From Octopus sinensis (taxonomy: Eukaryota): 64,000 nucleotides of DNA. Made by a program: the position numbers and the translations under genes. The DNA is taken from positions 21,948,001 to 22,012,000 of the forward strand of contig NC_043004.1 of assembly GCF_006345805.1 (NCBI RefSeq), written 5' to 3'. Every line of letters begins with the position of its first letter. Within the stretch, counting starts at the first letter, position 1. Below are positions 40,295 to 53,462 of the stretch, in pieces. The notes below the pieces were generated by a model. It was not told where the DNA came from. It ran no database searches and was given only the letters and a program-made list of their open reading frames with translations.

Positions 40295-41185
40295 GTAGAG
40301 GGTATGGTGAATAAATTGTCGTCTAAATAACGCAAAAATCAAAGTAACTCTGGCATCTCATTTTAACAGATATATTTACCAAAATTTTATTAAAATATCT
40401 TGAATTACTAAAGAGTAAATTTATTCGAAAAAATCGTCATTGGCTCCAACCAGGGCCTCCAGGCGACTTCGGAATCTCCTGTGACTCTTCTGCACGGTCT
40501 CCTTGTTTAAGTTGGTGAATTCTGCCATAATTCTTGCCTTCAGTTCATCGTATGTGTTACAAGGAGTTTCGATGGTCTCTTGCTCAACTGCGCCCCACAC
40601 ATATTAATCAAGGTGATTGCAGTGTAGGGAGTTAGGTGGCCATATGTTAGGGGTGATGTAAGCAGAAATTGTCTGACAGCCATGACTGAGTTCTCCTGCT
40701 TGTGTGACATGGTGCAGAGTCCTGTTGCCAGACATAGGGCCTACCAACAGCCACCCTCTAGACCCAGGGCAACACCACCTCATCCAGGCACTTGATGTAG
40801 GCCTCCGTATTGAATGTGAGGCCGTGTGGAAATATGAATGGAAGCATAACATTACCATTACTAGTGATCATTCGAGACACCATGATATTGACTGGATGCT
40901 TGATTTTTATCCCTTTCGGTATATGCCCTAAGATTCCACTGTTCTCACATTGACACCCAAGCATTCTGAAATGCTCGTATTGAAACTTCCGGGAGAAACG
41001 CCAAGCAGTACTGCATATCGTTTTCAAATTCATGGCAGAGGGAATTGCATCATGGTGCTGTTTTCCTCACAGAAGGTGCCAAACTGATCCTACTATTCTG
41101 TGCCGTTGACAAAACCAAAGACAAACATTAAATCTGCGCAAAATTAAAAATATAGAATGGCAAAAATTTACCCATCGCACTTTTA
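40295..41185 (-). mobile_element. Defective Tc1/mariner-superfamily transposon, DD37D (maT-type) transposase remnant
   Basis: Minus-strand frames give KHPVNIMV...LPFIFPHGLTFNTEAYIKCLDEVVLPWV*RVAVGRPYVWQQDSAPCHTSRRTQSWLS...ITPNIWPPNSLHCNHLD*YVWGAVEQET. Across a small frameshift there are about 37 residues between the second and third Asp. Degenerate TIRs (…TAAATT…) lie at both ends. Confidence 0.85.
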
Positions 41186-41186
41186 C

Positions 41187-41189
<3 letters not shown>

Positions 41190-41267
<78 letters not shown>

Positions 41268-41328
41268 GTATATATGTATATATATGTATGTATGTATATA
41301 TATGTGTGTATATATATGTATGTGTATA

Positions 41329-41377
<49 letters not shown>

Positions 41378-41423
41378 GTATGTATATATATATATATATA
41401 TATGTGTGTATATATATATATAT

Positions 41424-41502
<79 letters not shown>

Positions 41503-41510
41503 ATATATAT
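41190..41510. repeat. (TA)n/(TATG)n microsatellite
   Basis: Directly visible. Confidence 0.95.
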
Positions 41511-42019
41511 GGAGAGATGTATTTACATACGTACACAGATACAGGCTCACTCGCGCATGCGGAAATGTAGGGGTATATACATATGTATATATATATGTGT
41601 ATATGTAAATATATATATGTATATACATACATACATATATATGCTGGTTTACGTTAGACGTATTTAAAGCCTCTTAGGGATAGATATATCCAAAGGCACT
41701 CCTGGTAATTACCTCAGCAGGTAGTAGGTATAGTCTGTGGTAATTTGGCGGGTTAACCGGTGTTTAATCTATATAGACAATAAGAAAATGACGAAAATAT
41801 AACAGTAAGAAGTGTCGTTTGCGCTAGGAAGACATTATTTAATTAGTTATTAAAGGTAATGGCCTCCTAAAGACACACGTTTTTTTTTATCGTCTATATA
41901 TATATATATTTCCAGGATTCGGGAGAATCAAGTACTTAAATAGTGAAAGCACTAAGGCAGGGTCGGTGATAGTGATCTTGTGTACAAACAATTATTACTA
42001 AATTGATACTAGGTTATAT

Positions 42020-42172
42020 GCCACGAGCTTTAGCATAGTTTCAGTCTACCACATTCACGCAGAAGCCACTGGTCGGTCTGGAACCATAGTAAACGATACT
42101 TGCCTGAGATATTGTATATTGCGACCGAAACTACGTGACTGCAAACGTTGCTTCTTAATGACACAGCCATAC
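42020..42172 (-). mobile_element. Diverged SINE head (11162 family)
   Basis: TTTCAGTCTACCACATTCAC...GGTCGG...ATAGTAAACGATACTTGCC...ACACAGCCAT. Confidence 0.55.
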
Positions 42173-43034
42173 ACATGCAAGTGATTTTCTTATCTACAGA
42201 GCTAGGCAAAGTGATTCGAAATTTTAATAAAATGTTCTTTTCCTGTTTGACGAATATAGTGGCTGTTAAATATATATGTTATTAAAAAGAAAAGAATGTG
42301 TTATAAATCTTTCTAAACATCTTCACATTTATCTCTTCGTATACACGTTCATCGCCTTAGTCATGTTATAATGAAATAACACGGAGACACGCATTCAATC
42401 TATCTGCCTACATTACTATTTTTAGTAAGAAAAGTAACATCTTTAAAAAATATACTGAAATCAATATTGCTGAAATACGAGCTTAGTTTTGAGAGTGTTA
42501 AAATTTAGATTCGTCTATTATTGTGCTACAATAATTGTTTAGTTTCGTGATTTAATTTCTGAATTCAATTGTTTCACGGATGTAAAAAAAAAGAGGAGAG
42601 AAATCAAAAATTCCATTAGCTGATATTTTTATTTCTCTCTTTTCTTAATCTTTTTACCTATGTTTCGTACTTTTCTTCAATAAGTTGTGACCAGGAAGCT
42701 ATTCAATATTGTTAATACGAAAATCCAATGAAGTGGTCGTTTAAGATGAAAAGTTGTTTCATTGCGAAGTGCTGAGCCTTTCTATAGGTTTGAAATTTGC
42801 TTGCTACATCTTAAATATCTTTCAATGAATCCTTATTATCCTCATATTTAATATTTCTTCTTGTAATCGTCGGAGAAGGACACGGATGAATTCATTTCAT
42901 AATATTCAAGCCAATTCTCGTCTATACTAACAAATATAAAATACCTTCCTCACCTAAATGATTTTATATGTAGAACATTTTTCTCGTATGGCGATACGTA
43001 TAAGAGTACTGAGTTCACACACACACACACACAT

Positions 43035-43102
<68 letters not shown>

Positions 43103-43899
43103 CAACGTTACACACTAACTATATATGACCGTTTCAAATTGAAATAGATAATTTGGAACTTATAAATTCGTTATCTTTTACAAAAATTGATTCTCAGTAA
43201 ATTTCATTCTTCTAAGTCTTTAGATTGTAGATTTTAGACAGAAAATATTCGGCTTTTGTTGAAAAGATCTTACTATTGTAGAAATTGTCACTTTATTTGC
43301 ATTAACTACTAGAGCGGGATTGTCCAATTTCCTCAGAAATAAATGGAAGACTTCAAGTTGGTTAAAATACGATTTTAGACACCATACTGAAAACGTTGTT
43401 TCGATACAGTAATTAATTTGAATATTTATTTAAACTTATGGCTAGAAAATACTTCACCTTTGAATTATTGCTAATCAGTTACGAATTTATTTACGATAAA
43501 TTTTTGCTCACATACGAACAAAAAGAAAGAGCTTTGCATACTAATTTTATCTACGAGGAACAGAACATGAAACATGCTCTCTTCACGTAAAAGACGGACA
43601 TATATCCCTTGATAGACAACGCCCAAATTAAAGACGAACTGTTCATGACTGTAAGGATTTTCCTTCTTTGTATGGTCAGTGACACGAGGTTAAACATTAA
43701 AAGCAACCAGAAAACAACTGTTGCTCACATAAACATTCTAAATTGAATCAAAAATATTATTACCGTCTGATAGACAAACCATCATTCTCTAATAAGCATG
43801 GGATACTAGCGTACCAACCCCTGCACTCTCTACACTAAGTACAAACGTTCTGCGATCTACTGGACCAATAAACCCTATTCCCTCCTCCAATACAGAATC

Positions 43900-44095
43900 A
43901 TAAGCATGCTGGGCAAAATGCTTAGCGGTATTTCATCCATCTTTGTCCTGAATTCGTATTCCGCCAAGATCGACTTTGCCTTTCATCCTTTCAGGTTGTT
44001 AAATTAAATTCCACTTGCGTAATGGAGTTGATGTAATCGACTTGGCCCCACCTCCTAAGTTGTTGGCCTTATGTCAAAAATAGAAAGCAACATTA
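43900..44095 (+). mobile_element. Diverged SINE
   Basis: CTGGGCAAAATGCTTAGCGGTATTTC...GATCGACTTTGCCTTTCATCCTTTC...GATGTAATCGACT. Confidence 0.75.
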
Positions 44096-45424
44096 ATCTT
44101 TATTAAAATTTTACATCTAACGTGGTTTTTTTCTTCGATATTTCCTTTCCAATGAATCTTTTTTACTATTTTACTTCAACAAATATCAACCTTCAAATCC
44201 TAACATCCAACTAGCTAGCAGAGAAACACAAGAATGTTTAGGAAACCATTCACTTCGCTAAAGAAATAATAATTAGAGGCTATAAGTTTACATAATTCGA
44301 AGTAAATTATAATGTTATTAAAATATCTTACTCATTACTAACTCTTTTAAACTTATTGGTCAACCTTTGGATACCTTTGGTATAGTACCTTGATTCGTAT
44401 ATTTGTTATAAAACATTTCTTATTGCCTTTTTGCCATTGGTGTCCCAATATTTTCCCAAAGACCTTGGGCACTGTTACTCCTGCTAAAACGCTACATACT
44501 ATAGTTAACATAGAGAATTATTAAAAATGTAATGCAGGGAAACTTACCTCAGAGGTATTTTATATTTCAGAGACAATTCCTCAAGTTAATGAACAATAAT
44601 CATAATGTAACCAAATACACTATTTATGTATGGAAATTTCCAACAAAAGATATTTCAATGACAGAATATTGAAATAAGCCAGCGGTAATGTTGCCTTGTT
44701 TTTCCTTTCCAATTATGTATTAATTCGCCTTGTGGTATATGTGATGTCAGTTATATTATAATGGTTCTCATGAATATATTCTAATTTCTATGAGTAAATT
44801 ATCTTACATCATTCTTTAAAATATGTTTTATTTCCTTTCCAGGTAAGTTCTTTTGAATACCACTGAGAAATTTTGCGGTGATTATCGGTGTATTTTCCTT
44901 TGCCAGAGAGATAAGTATACCTTCATAATATTGAATTTACTAATATATTTGTTAAAGCTACAAAAGAGGTTGGGTGTAATAAATGAAATTTTCTCATATA
45001 TGCGATCAAAGTTAACGCTTAATATATATAAGTTCACATTTCTGTTGCTCCTACTGGAACTACATCATTTAAATATATTTTTATTGTGTCAGCCAAATGC
45101 ATGACTTGTACTCGCTGTATAAAATTCGAAAGCGAAGTTTAAAATGCCTTAGTCCACTTTGGACACAAACAAGTATCACATAATCTTACTTGACTATATG
45201 TCTGCCATATATTCACCCCCTCTCCACACACGCATTTGTATATGAATGCAGATATGAGCAAATTTATGTTTAAAAATATCAGTTCAAAAGATACCAGTGC
45301 AATGTGACTAAGTACTCAATCTGCTGTTAGGTACGACAGGAAAATCACAGAACTAATAAAACCATATGGTGTGTTTTGTCGCAGTTTGTATTTTCTACAT
45401 ATAATATATATATATATATATATA

Positions 45425-45457
<33 letters not shown>

Positions 45458-45997
45458 CAGAGAAAAGAGGAAAGGAAGTTTGAGAGAGAGAGAGAGAGAG
45501 AGAGGGGGGGGAGGTAGGGTAAATGCTAAATGCGAAAATTTGACGTCGTTCAGTAAATTACAACCGAATATAGGTGTAACCAAGGAACTGTTTACTGTTA
45601 GTTGTACTAATATATTTGGAAGTAATACCTTCACTATATTATGCGTCTGATATTCATTTCTATTTACCGATATATCCATAAAATGTTTCTTTCTATTGGA
45701 ATCCCAGAATTCAATACGTTTTTTATCTACCGATATATTTCACCCTGTGTTACATTGTGCTATTTGTATGGATATGCGTGTGAGGTATCATTTATGCGAA
45801 CAGGAAATTTCTTTCCAGATTTAAATGCCTTCGAATGACTTACGCGGCGAAAGCATCATCACAACAGGTGGTGGCAATTAGTTTTCGTTCGGAAGGTAAC
45901 ATATGGACAAATATTTTTGCTACGAAACACGTATGAATGGTCAATAACTCAATCAATTACCTCAATGATACACCATACCACACCACAAACGGGAATA

Positions 45998-46148
45998 TAG
46001 GTGCAGGTGTGGCTGCGACGTAAGAAGCTTGCTTCCCAACCACATACTTCCGGGTTCAGTCTCACTGCATGGCAACCTGGGCAAGCGAGTTCGACTATAA
46101 CCTCGGACCGACCAAATTCTTGTGAGCAGATTTAGTAAATGGAAACTG
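45998..46148 (+). mobile_element. SINE 5' portion (11162 family)
   Basis: TAGGTGCAGGTGTGGCTG...CCGGGTTCAGTCTCACTGC...CCTGGGCAAG...GGAAACTG. Confidence 0.8.
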
Positions 46149-48279
46149 TGTGTGTCTGTGCTATGTGTGTATGTGTGTGTCAGTGTGAATAAATTTATGT
46201 GCGTGTGCATGTTTATGTGTCTGTGTATTTATGTGGGCCTATGTGCATTTATGTGTGTGTGTGTATAAATATATGCGTGTGTATTTATTTGTTTTAGATT
46301 TAATAGTTGATAAAAAGACTTTAATAGTTGATAAATTAAAAATGATCGTCAATGTTTTAGAAGCTATGCACCCAACAAACTTCATACATTTCTTGGACGT
46401 GTAGTATATTCTTAGCTACAATTGCGACAACATGGATTTTTTAAAATCTTCTTGCTCTATTAGAGTATTTGAGTAAAATTATATTAATGTGTCCGACTGA
46501 TTAAGATTCTATTTATTTGTGCAGCTGAGGATAGCCCTGCATTTAAATTGATGTAATGATTCCATTTTTCAATTAAATAGAGCTGATTGAAACGGTCGTA
46601 CTGCATAACTCTTTGATATCCTATTGTTTATCTTGATTTTATTCACCTTACTTTGAGCTGTACGGATAATACCGCACTGACTTGGTGCTTCAATTTAAGT
46701 ACCTAACTGAACTGACTATATATATATAACAGTTTGTGTTTATTACTATTATTTAATTTTATACTGCTCATTCAATTAATATTAGATTTCTAAATCTCAA
46801 TATATGCAAAGTCTTGGTTTCCTTATTCTAAGAAGGTCCTATTATTTGTCTAGTCAAATTCTACATTATCGCCTTTATTATTATAAATCTTATACTATCC
46901 AAGTCATTGACGTCGTCACAGGTTATCTGGTCTCGTTGTTTGTGATATACATCTGTTGAACCGATGTATTCATTCCGTTCTTGAATTTGACATTTTTGGG
47001 AGACTGCAATGTTGTTGGTTTTGAAACTTACCAAGCGTTCTATGTATTTTCTATTTCCTGAGCAGTTTCTACATCTAAGTGATTATGTCTGCCTGTCACC
47101 ATCTCTCACTCTTTCATCTTGTCTCTCTGATCCTTGCTTTCCTATACGCCATTTCATACATCCAAAGTTAATTTTTAATCCACTTCATTGTAATATACGA
47201 TGACGAATCACTTCTCGGTCCAGATCTCACGATGTTTATATCTCTCATACACATCCTAACATACTTTCCCAATCGCCAACTGTTTGTTACACATTAACTT
47301 CTCGTAGATATATCAATGGCAAGTAAACGAAAACACGTCAAACTGAACGCTCATTGTCACCATCAACAGAATTATAATCATTCCTAATTCAAACTATATC
47401 AAATGAGTCGCCACCTTACGCCATGTATTGCGCTTTCTTTTCTGAAATTCTGAAGATAATGAGATAATATGGTGTTAAACGTAACACATTATAAATGTGT
47501 TAAAACTCAGAATTGGTACGTTTTAGGAAATAATAACAATTCTTTATCTGTAGCATACATTATGAAATAATTTATCAGTGAAAGAGTTACAAGCAATGTA
47601 TAGCATCTATTTATAAAGGCAAATTTTAATAATGTTTGTCATCTTAACATATAATTCAATTCATATATGACTTACATATAGATATAACCAACATACCATA
47701 TAACATTCACATACGTATGTTTTTAAATTGCTGGACTCAAAATAGGTTTATTCACTGAATTACTAAAACAATTTGTTACTTAAGATATTTAGATTAAGTT
47801 GTAGATACACTCTCATGTTAACTAATATATTCCAAGTACGATTCCCTGCATAAGTAAAATATAAGAGTGCATAGAAGAAAACTGGAAAACAATTATTTGT
47901 GATTAAAAAATGAAACTATAAAATATTTTTCAAGAAGTTTGATATGAAGAAGTTACATTAATTATCCCAGTAAACTTATTCAGATCATTCATAAGAATCA
48001 GTCATATTAATGTTACACTAAAAGTGTTTATTTTAAAAAGACTATTCTTTTATTGTTTTATTTCTATGACATGTTTCCTTGATTAGAGTGTGATCAGACA
48101 GAGTCAGCGTAGTTGAAAGATTTTTTTCGATCAAATCACTATGTGTATATTTTGTTAGGTTAGCACTTATATTATTTCAGCCTCGGAGGCGAATCGCTGA
48201 GCTAAAGGATCACAAAGGATCACAAATGGTTGTCAAGGAAGGGTACACAAGCATGCACATACACACAAACCTATAAGCG

Positions 48280-48430
48280 ACGTATTTTCACATATTTTCC
48301 GTTAACCTAATTCACTATCAGGGCATTGATGAAATCAGAGCTACCGTTTAAGCAAATTGCCTAGATGCCACCCAACTGACTGAACCTGAAACACATGGCT
48401 GTCAAACCAACTTTTCAACCTCACAGGCAT
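48280..48430 (-). mobile_element. Highly diverged SINE head
   Basis: TTCCGTTAACCTAATTCAC...CTGAACCTGAAACACATGGCTG...TTTTCAACCTCACAGGC. Confidence 0.5.
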
Positions 48431-48944
48431 ATCATTCCCTAGAAGATATTGAAAATGTATTTGACAACGTACTCCACTTTGAAATAGAAGAATAACTCAA
48501 AGTAGTGCTATATATTGTTATAGAATCTGTTACAACTCTTCAACCAGAAAATACTGATATGACATCATCATTAAACGTTGTTTTGTACTGCATCAGCCAC
48601 GGTTTTAACAGATTATTTTACAATTTACTTCATCTCTGCTCCCTTCAGCCGACATAAGTGAATTTGTCTGTTTATTGGAATTGCGAAAGCTGTCTTATAA
48701 AAGACGAAGTTGAACATAAGATAATGTACATGTTGCTACTCTTTAAAAGACACAATGTCTATAAAGGGACTCCTTTGATCATAGACAATTACCAACAAGG
48801 AAAACTAAATTGCATCCTAATCAACTACACTGTATTGTTAAGCATTATACTACTGTGATGAATGACATACAAGATACTGGTAAATCCATTACACATACGC
48901 ATACATATACATACAGATATATGTATATCGTAGCACTCCATCGG

Positions 48945-49300
48945 TTACGACGACAAGGGTTCCATTTCATCCTATCAACGAAACAGCCTGCTCGTGAAAT
49001 TAACGTGCAAGTGCCTGAGCACTCTACAGATACATGTAATCTTAACGTAGTTCTCGGGGAGATTCAGCGTGACACGCAGTGTGACAAGGCTGACCCTTTG
49101 AAATAGAAAGACAACAGAGACAGGAAGAAAATGTGAGAGAAAGTTGTGGTGAAAGAGTACAGCAGGGTTTGTTACCACCCACTGCCGGAGCCTCGGGGAT
49201 CTTTAGATGTTTTTGCTCAATAAACACTAACTACGGCCGGTCTGAGAATCGAAACCGTGATGCTACGACCGCGAGTCCGCTGTCCTGGGCCATTGCATCT
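48945..49300 (-). mobile_element. tRNA-Arg-like SINE, near full length
   Basis: Minus-strand head GCAATGGCCCAG..GACAGCGGACTCGCGGTCGTAGCATCACGGTTTCGATTC is homologous to 5590-5765. The 3' domain is shared with 33282. Confidence 0.8.
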
Positions 49301-49899
49301 CCCATAAATGTATATACACATATACGTATGTATAAGTTAAAAGATGGAATGGTAGTTTTTAATGGCATTTATAAAATTGTTATACAGAAGTCAATACATA
49401 TAATTAAACGGAAAGAACTAGAAATGAAGAAAAACGACATGGTAGTCGTTCTTAGACAGATATTCAGAAAGTTCATATTTTAACATCGCAAATAAGAGCG
49501 AGGCCAATGAAAGACCACGCGGATCTTCTCTTTTATCAGTGATATTGGTGCATGAACATTCAGGATATTTAACTATCTATAAACAAAAGAACTTACGTAG
49601 AATTCTTTTATTATATTTCCAGTCTAAATACGAATCGAAGAAGTTTAATTGAAATAATCTAAAACAGCGATGGTCGTGCTGAAGTTACTGCTCGCATTAA
49701 TCGACGTGGTATATGTTGGTGTAAAAAGATACAAGCATTTATGTATATATATATACATCTATTTAAATGTGTATGAATATCGATAAAATCGTATACGGTA
49801 AGACAGAGGAAAACGCACGCACACACCTACAGACATACACACATACAAGCACAAACGCACAGACACACACGCGCACACACAAACACACTCACACATATA

Positions 49900-50046
49900 T
49901 ATACGATGAGCTGTTTTTGAGTATCAGTCTATCAGATCCACTGATAAGGCTTTAGTCGGGCCGAGGTTATGTTAGAAGACGCCTGATGAGGGACCACACA
50001 ATGGGATTGAACCCAAAAGCAGATTTTTTAAAACACAGCCAGGCCT
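49900..50046 (-). mobile_element. Diverged SINE head (11162 family)
   Basis: AAGGCTTTAGTCGGGCCGAGGTTATGTTAGAAGAC...GGGATTGAACCC...AAACACAGCCA. Confidence 0.6.
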
Positions 50047-50174
50047 GCACTTGGTTTCAAGAGATAAAAGTACAAATGTACCATACCAAGTCATATGTAC
50101 AAAATAAATTCTTTCAGTTCAATACATCGACGCAGTTAATATTTGAGTTTCAATGTCATAATTTCCGTTAAGCC

Positions 50175-50620
50175 AGTGAGCTGGCGGCATCGTTTCCACG
50201 CCGAACAAAATGCCTACCGGTATTTAGTTCGTCGAGCTGGCAGAAACGTTAGCACGCCGGGTGAAATGCGCAGCCGTATTTCGTCTGCCGTTACGTTCTG
50301 AGTTCAAATTCCGCCGAGTTCGACTTTGCCTTTCATCCTTTCGGGGTCGATTAAATAAGTACCAGTTACGCACTGGGGTCGATGTAATCGACTTAATCCG
50401 TTTGTCTGTCCTTGTTTGTCCTCTATGTGTTTAGCCCCTTGTGGGTAGTAAAGAAATAGGTATTTAGTTCGTCTTTACATTGAGCTAAAATTCCGCCGAT
50501 ATCAGCTTTTCTTTTCATTCTTTCAGACAATATAAAATAAGTATTAGTTGAGCCGTGGGGTTCAACGTAATCGACTTACTCATTCACCTGAAATTGGCGG
50601 CCTGGTGCCAAAATTTGAAG
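50175..50620 (+). mobile_element. Young SINE (50234-50458) nested in an older SINE, with 15-bp TSD
   Basis: GGTATTTAGTTCGTC at 50219-50233 and 50459-50473 flanks a 225-bp SINE ending GGGTAGTAAAGAAATA. The host SINE continues to GTGCCAAAATTTGAA. Confidence 0.92.
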
Positions 50621-50710
50621 ATAATATTGTTTTTTTCCATTTCTTTGGGTAAGCTGAAATTAATGTGTCATATTTATCTAAAATCCTCCTTTTCATTCTT
50701 TTCCATTTAT

Positions 50711-50849
50711 AAGGTTGTCCCAAAAGTTCGTAGAAAGTCTTGGAAAATAATGGTCTTAATTTTGAGGAATAATTTTTGTTGTTTTTGTTAGTACTTGGCG
50801 AGTAAAAATTCAATTTTTGCAAGTGTTTACGAACTTTTGGGACAACCTA
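50711..50849. mobile_element. Mariner-type MITE (~140 bp)
   Basis: TIRs AGGTTGTCCCAAAAGTTCGTA / TACGAACTTTTGGGACAACCT (21-bp perfect match) in a TA-rich context. Confidence 0.85.
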
Positions 50850-51143
50850 ATATTATATCCAAATACATTTGTAATGTATCAAACCAATATGTTCACAGCT
50901 AGAGTGACTGATCATTATAGGTCTTTTTGAACAGAGCTGACTCAAGTTTAAAAAAGAGCAGTAATTTAGATATCGTACACTTTGCAGAATTATCTTTCTT
51001 TTCCTAAAAGTGCAATCGCTTCTCGCATTCATTTCGTGATCTGATTCGTGATACTGTTTTGATCTCTATCAATCAAACTTAAAGGTATTTACATGCAGCA
51101 CAGACATTTCTTTTTATGGATAAGGCTTTCAGAAAATAACAAT

Positions 51144-51544
51144 AATGTGAAAGGACGTAGGTGTGGAAGTTGCATCCTTCTGTTTACCAAGAACATTTTG
51201 AATGTAAAGTTGCTTGAGCGATAAATTCATTATCTTTGGTACTTAACGCTACCCAGACACTGCAGTAATTCGTTTTTAACACTAAGGTGAAAAGAAACAG
51301 TTTATAAAGACACATTAGAATAATAGAGTTTTAGTATTGTATAACCGTGTTTGTTCGCTTGTATGGTTGGGAAATAACAATAACATTCGAGAATTAGAAA
51401 CAACGTTACCAAACACAGTATAGAATTCTGTGAAAGTCATATAGTAATAGCAAAATACAATATTAAATAAGTTTATAAGGAAACAAATAAAACGTTCTTG
51501 GTAAATATAAAGATGCAACTTCCGCACCTACATCCTTTCACATT
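51144..51544. mobile_element. MITE-like element with ~55-bp imperfect TIRs
   Basis: AATGTGAAAGGACGTAGGTGTGGAAGTTGCATC...TTTACCAAGAAC versus the reverse complement of the right end, AATGTGAAAGGATGTAGGTGCGGAAGTTGCATC...TTTACCAAGAAC. Confidence 0.75.
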
Positions 51545-53166
51545 TTAGTTTGTAAAGAAACAAATAAAACTAAAAACATAAAAACGAATGGAAGTGCGTG
51601 GAATTGTAAATATAATATCAGTCATATATGACAAGGAAAGATAAATTAAACGACAATAAGTTTCTTTATACCTCAATTCCTTTAAGATAACCTAATTTGC
51701 CTTTTATATAATCTAGTATTATTACTCTTTGGATCGCATAGATTCGATGGAAATAGAAATAGAGTTAGACAAAAGCATGACTCCCACATGCAAACACAAA
51801 CACATATTTTTTTTGTGGGGGGGGGCGTGTGTGCGTGAGAGAAAGAGACAGAGAAAAAGAATGCGTTGTAACACTACACCAAACAGTGAATGAGAAGATG
51901 TATATATTTAAACTGATCTAATTAGTTAACTAATAATTTATTAAAGAATAGAAGTGGAATTTGAGCTTGCTGGAATTTGATTTTGCAATGTACCGTGTGC
52001 TACAATTGGGATTTTTGAACACATACGCAATTTTTTTTTACTTTTGTTCACTAAAAGCGACATATATCCTCGGGTGGAGTGATAGTTATTCTATCAATTC
52101 AGATAAAATGTAACAGCAGACTCGGAGTAAGCTACTGAGAAGCGCAAACGGCCATAAATATGAATCAATATTAAAATTATTATTCTTTACTCCAGCATTC
52201 ACAACTTGCGTACTGTGCTGAAATATCATATACGCTTATATCAAATAACTTCCATTTTTGTTAAAATCTGCGAACTTAAACGGCGCAAATATTTGTATAT
52301 GAAAATGTCTAAAATTTGAATTTGTATTCATTGCTAGTTAAGACGTTTGTAATAAGTTCAATTAGTGCTAATGTTTTAACTAGAGATTAACGCCATCCTG
52401 TTAATGTTAACTTTTTGCAATTAAAAGAATTGTGATGTTGCCCTTCGTTACAAAGAGCGATAAAATTCAATCTACAGTTATACTACACATTTTATGGAAT
52501 AGTAATGCTAACATTAAAAAATATTATCTTAATTATGTGTTATTACGGGTAGAAAATTAAGCCAGAGGGGATATATAATCGTTAAAGATAATATTGGCTC
52601 AATAAAGTATTAATGGCATAAAGCAAAAGAAATACTGTTGGAGAATAAGATTAAATGAGAAATGTGAAATCAGAGACAGTTGTTGAATAACTGCAAACAA
52701 AATGTAATCATAAATACTGATAAACTTGCAGATTACAACACAATTTATCACGAAGCTGGTTAATATCTTAAATATACATTTCTTTATTGAATGCAAGTCA
52801 TTCGAGAGCAGCGATTGAAGGAGAATTTGAAGCTCTGAATTCTATCATGCGAAAGAAGAGTAATTAGACAACCATAATCGAGAACTCATCGCAGACTACA
52901 ATTTCTTGCACGAGCAATTCCATTAATTAGGAAAATAAGAAACATTAATTTAATTGTGCAATTGGGTGTAAGTGATAAGTCCTTATTTTATCAGAATAGA
53001 TTGCACATGGTTAACGCATCAATAAAACTACTAAATGACTGTGAATTTTGCCAACAGAATTATTTTTTTAAGACTAGTCAAACTGAGCATGCAGAATTTA
53101 CACTAAAGGATATGTGAAAAAGCACTATACACTCAGTCAGATGAAATTATTTATATATGTATGTGC

Positions 53167-53206
<40 letters not shown>

Positions 53207-53359
53207 TGGTGTTTCAGCATAACCATAACCGCATAGCTGAAATGACTACAAGAATAAAAGAATATGTGTGTGTGTATGTAAGCATACATGTGTGTATGTA
53301 TGTATATGTGTGTATATATATATATATATAAACGTATAAACACGTGTGTATAAGTGTAT

Positions 53360-53462
53360 ATACATACATACATACATACATACATACATACATACATACA
53401 TACATACATACATACATACATACATACATACATACATACATACATACATACATACATACATA
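53360..53462. repeat. Pure (CATA)n tetranucleotide array (~25 units)
   Basis: Directly visible. Confidence 0.95.

Noticed and set aside
49981-50020. CTGATGAG resembling a hammerhead core
   Set aside because: It lies inside a diverged SINE head, with no downstream GAAA or helices.
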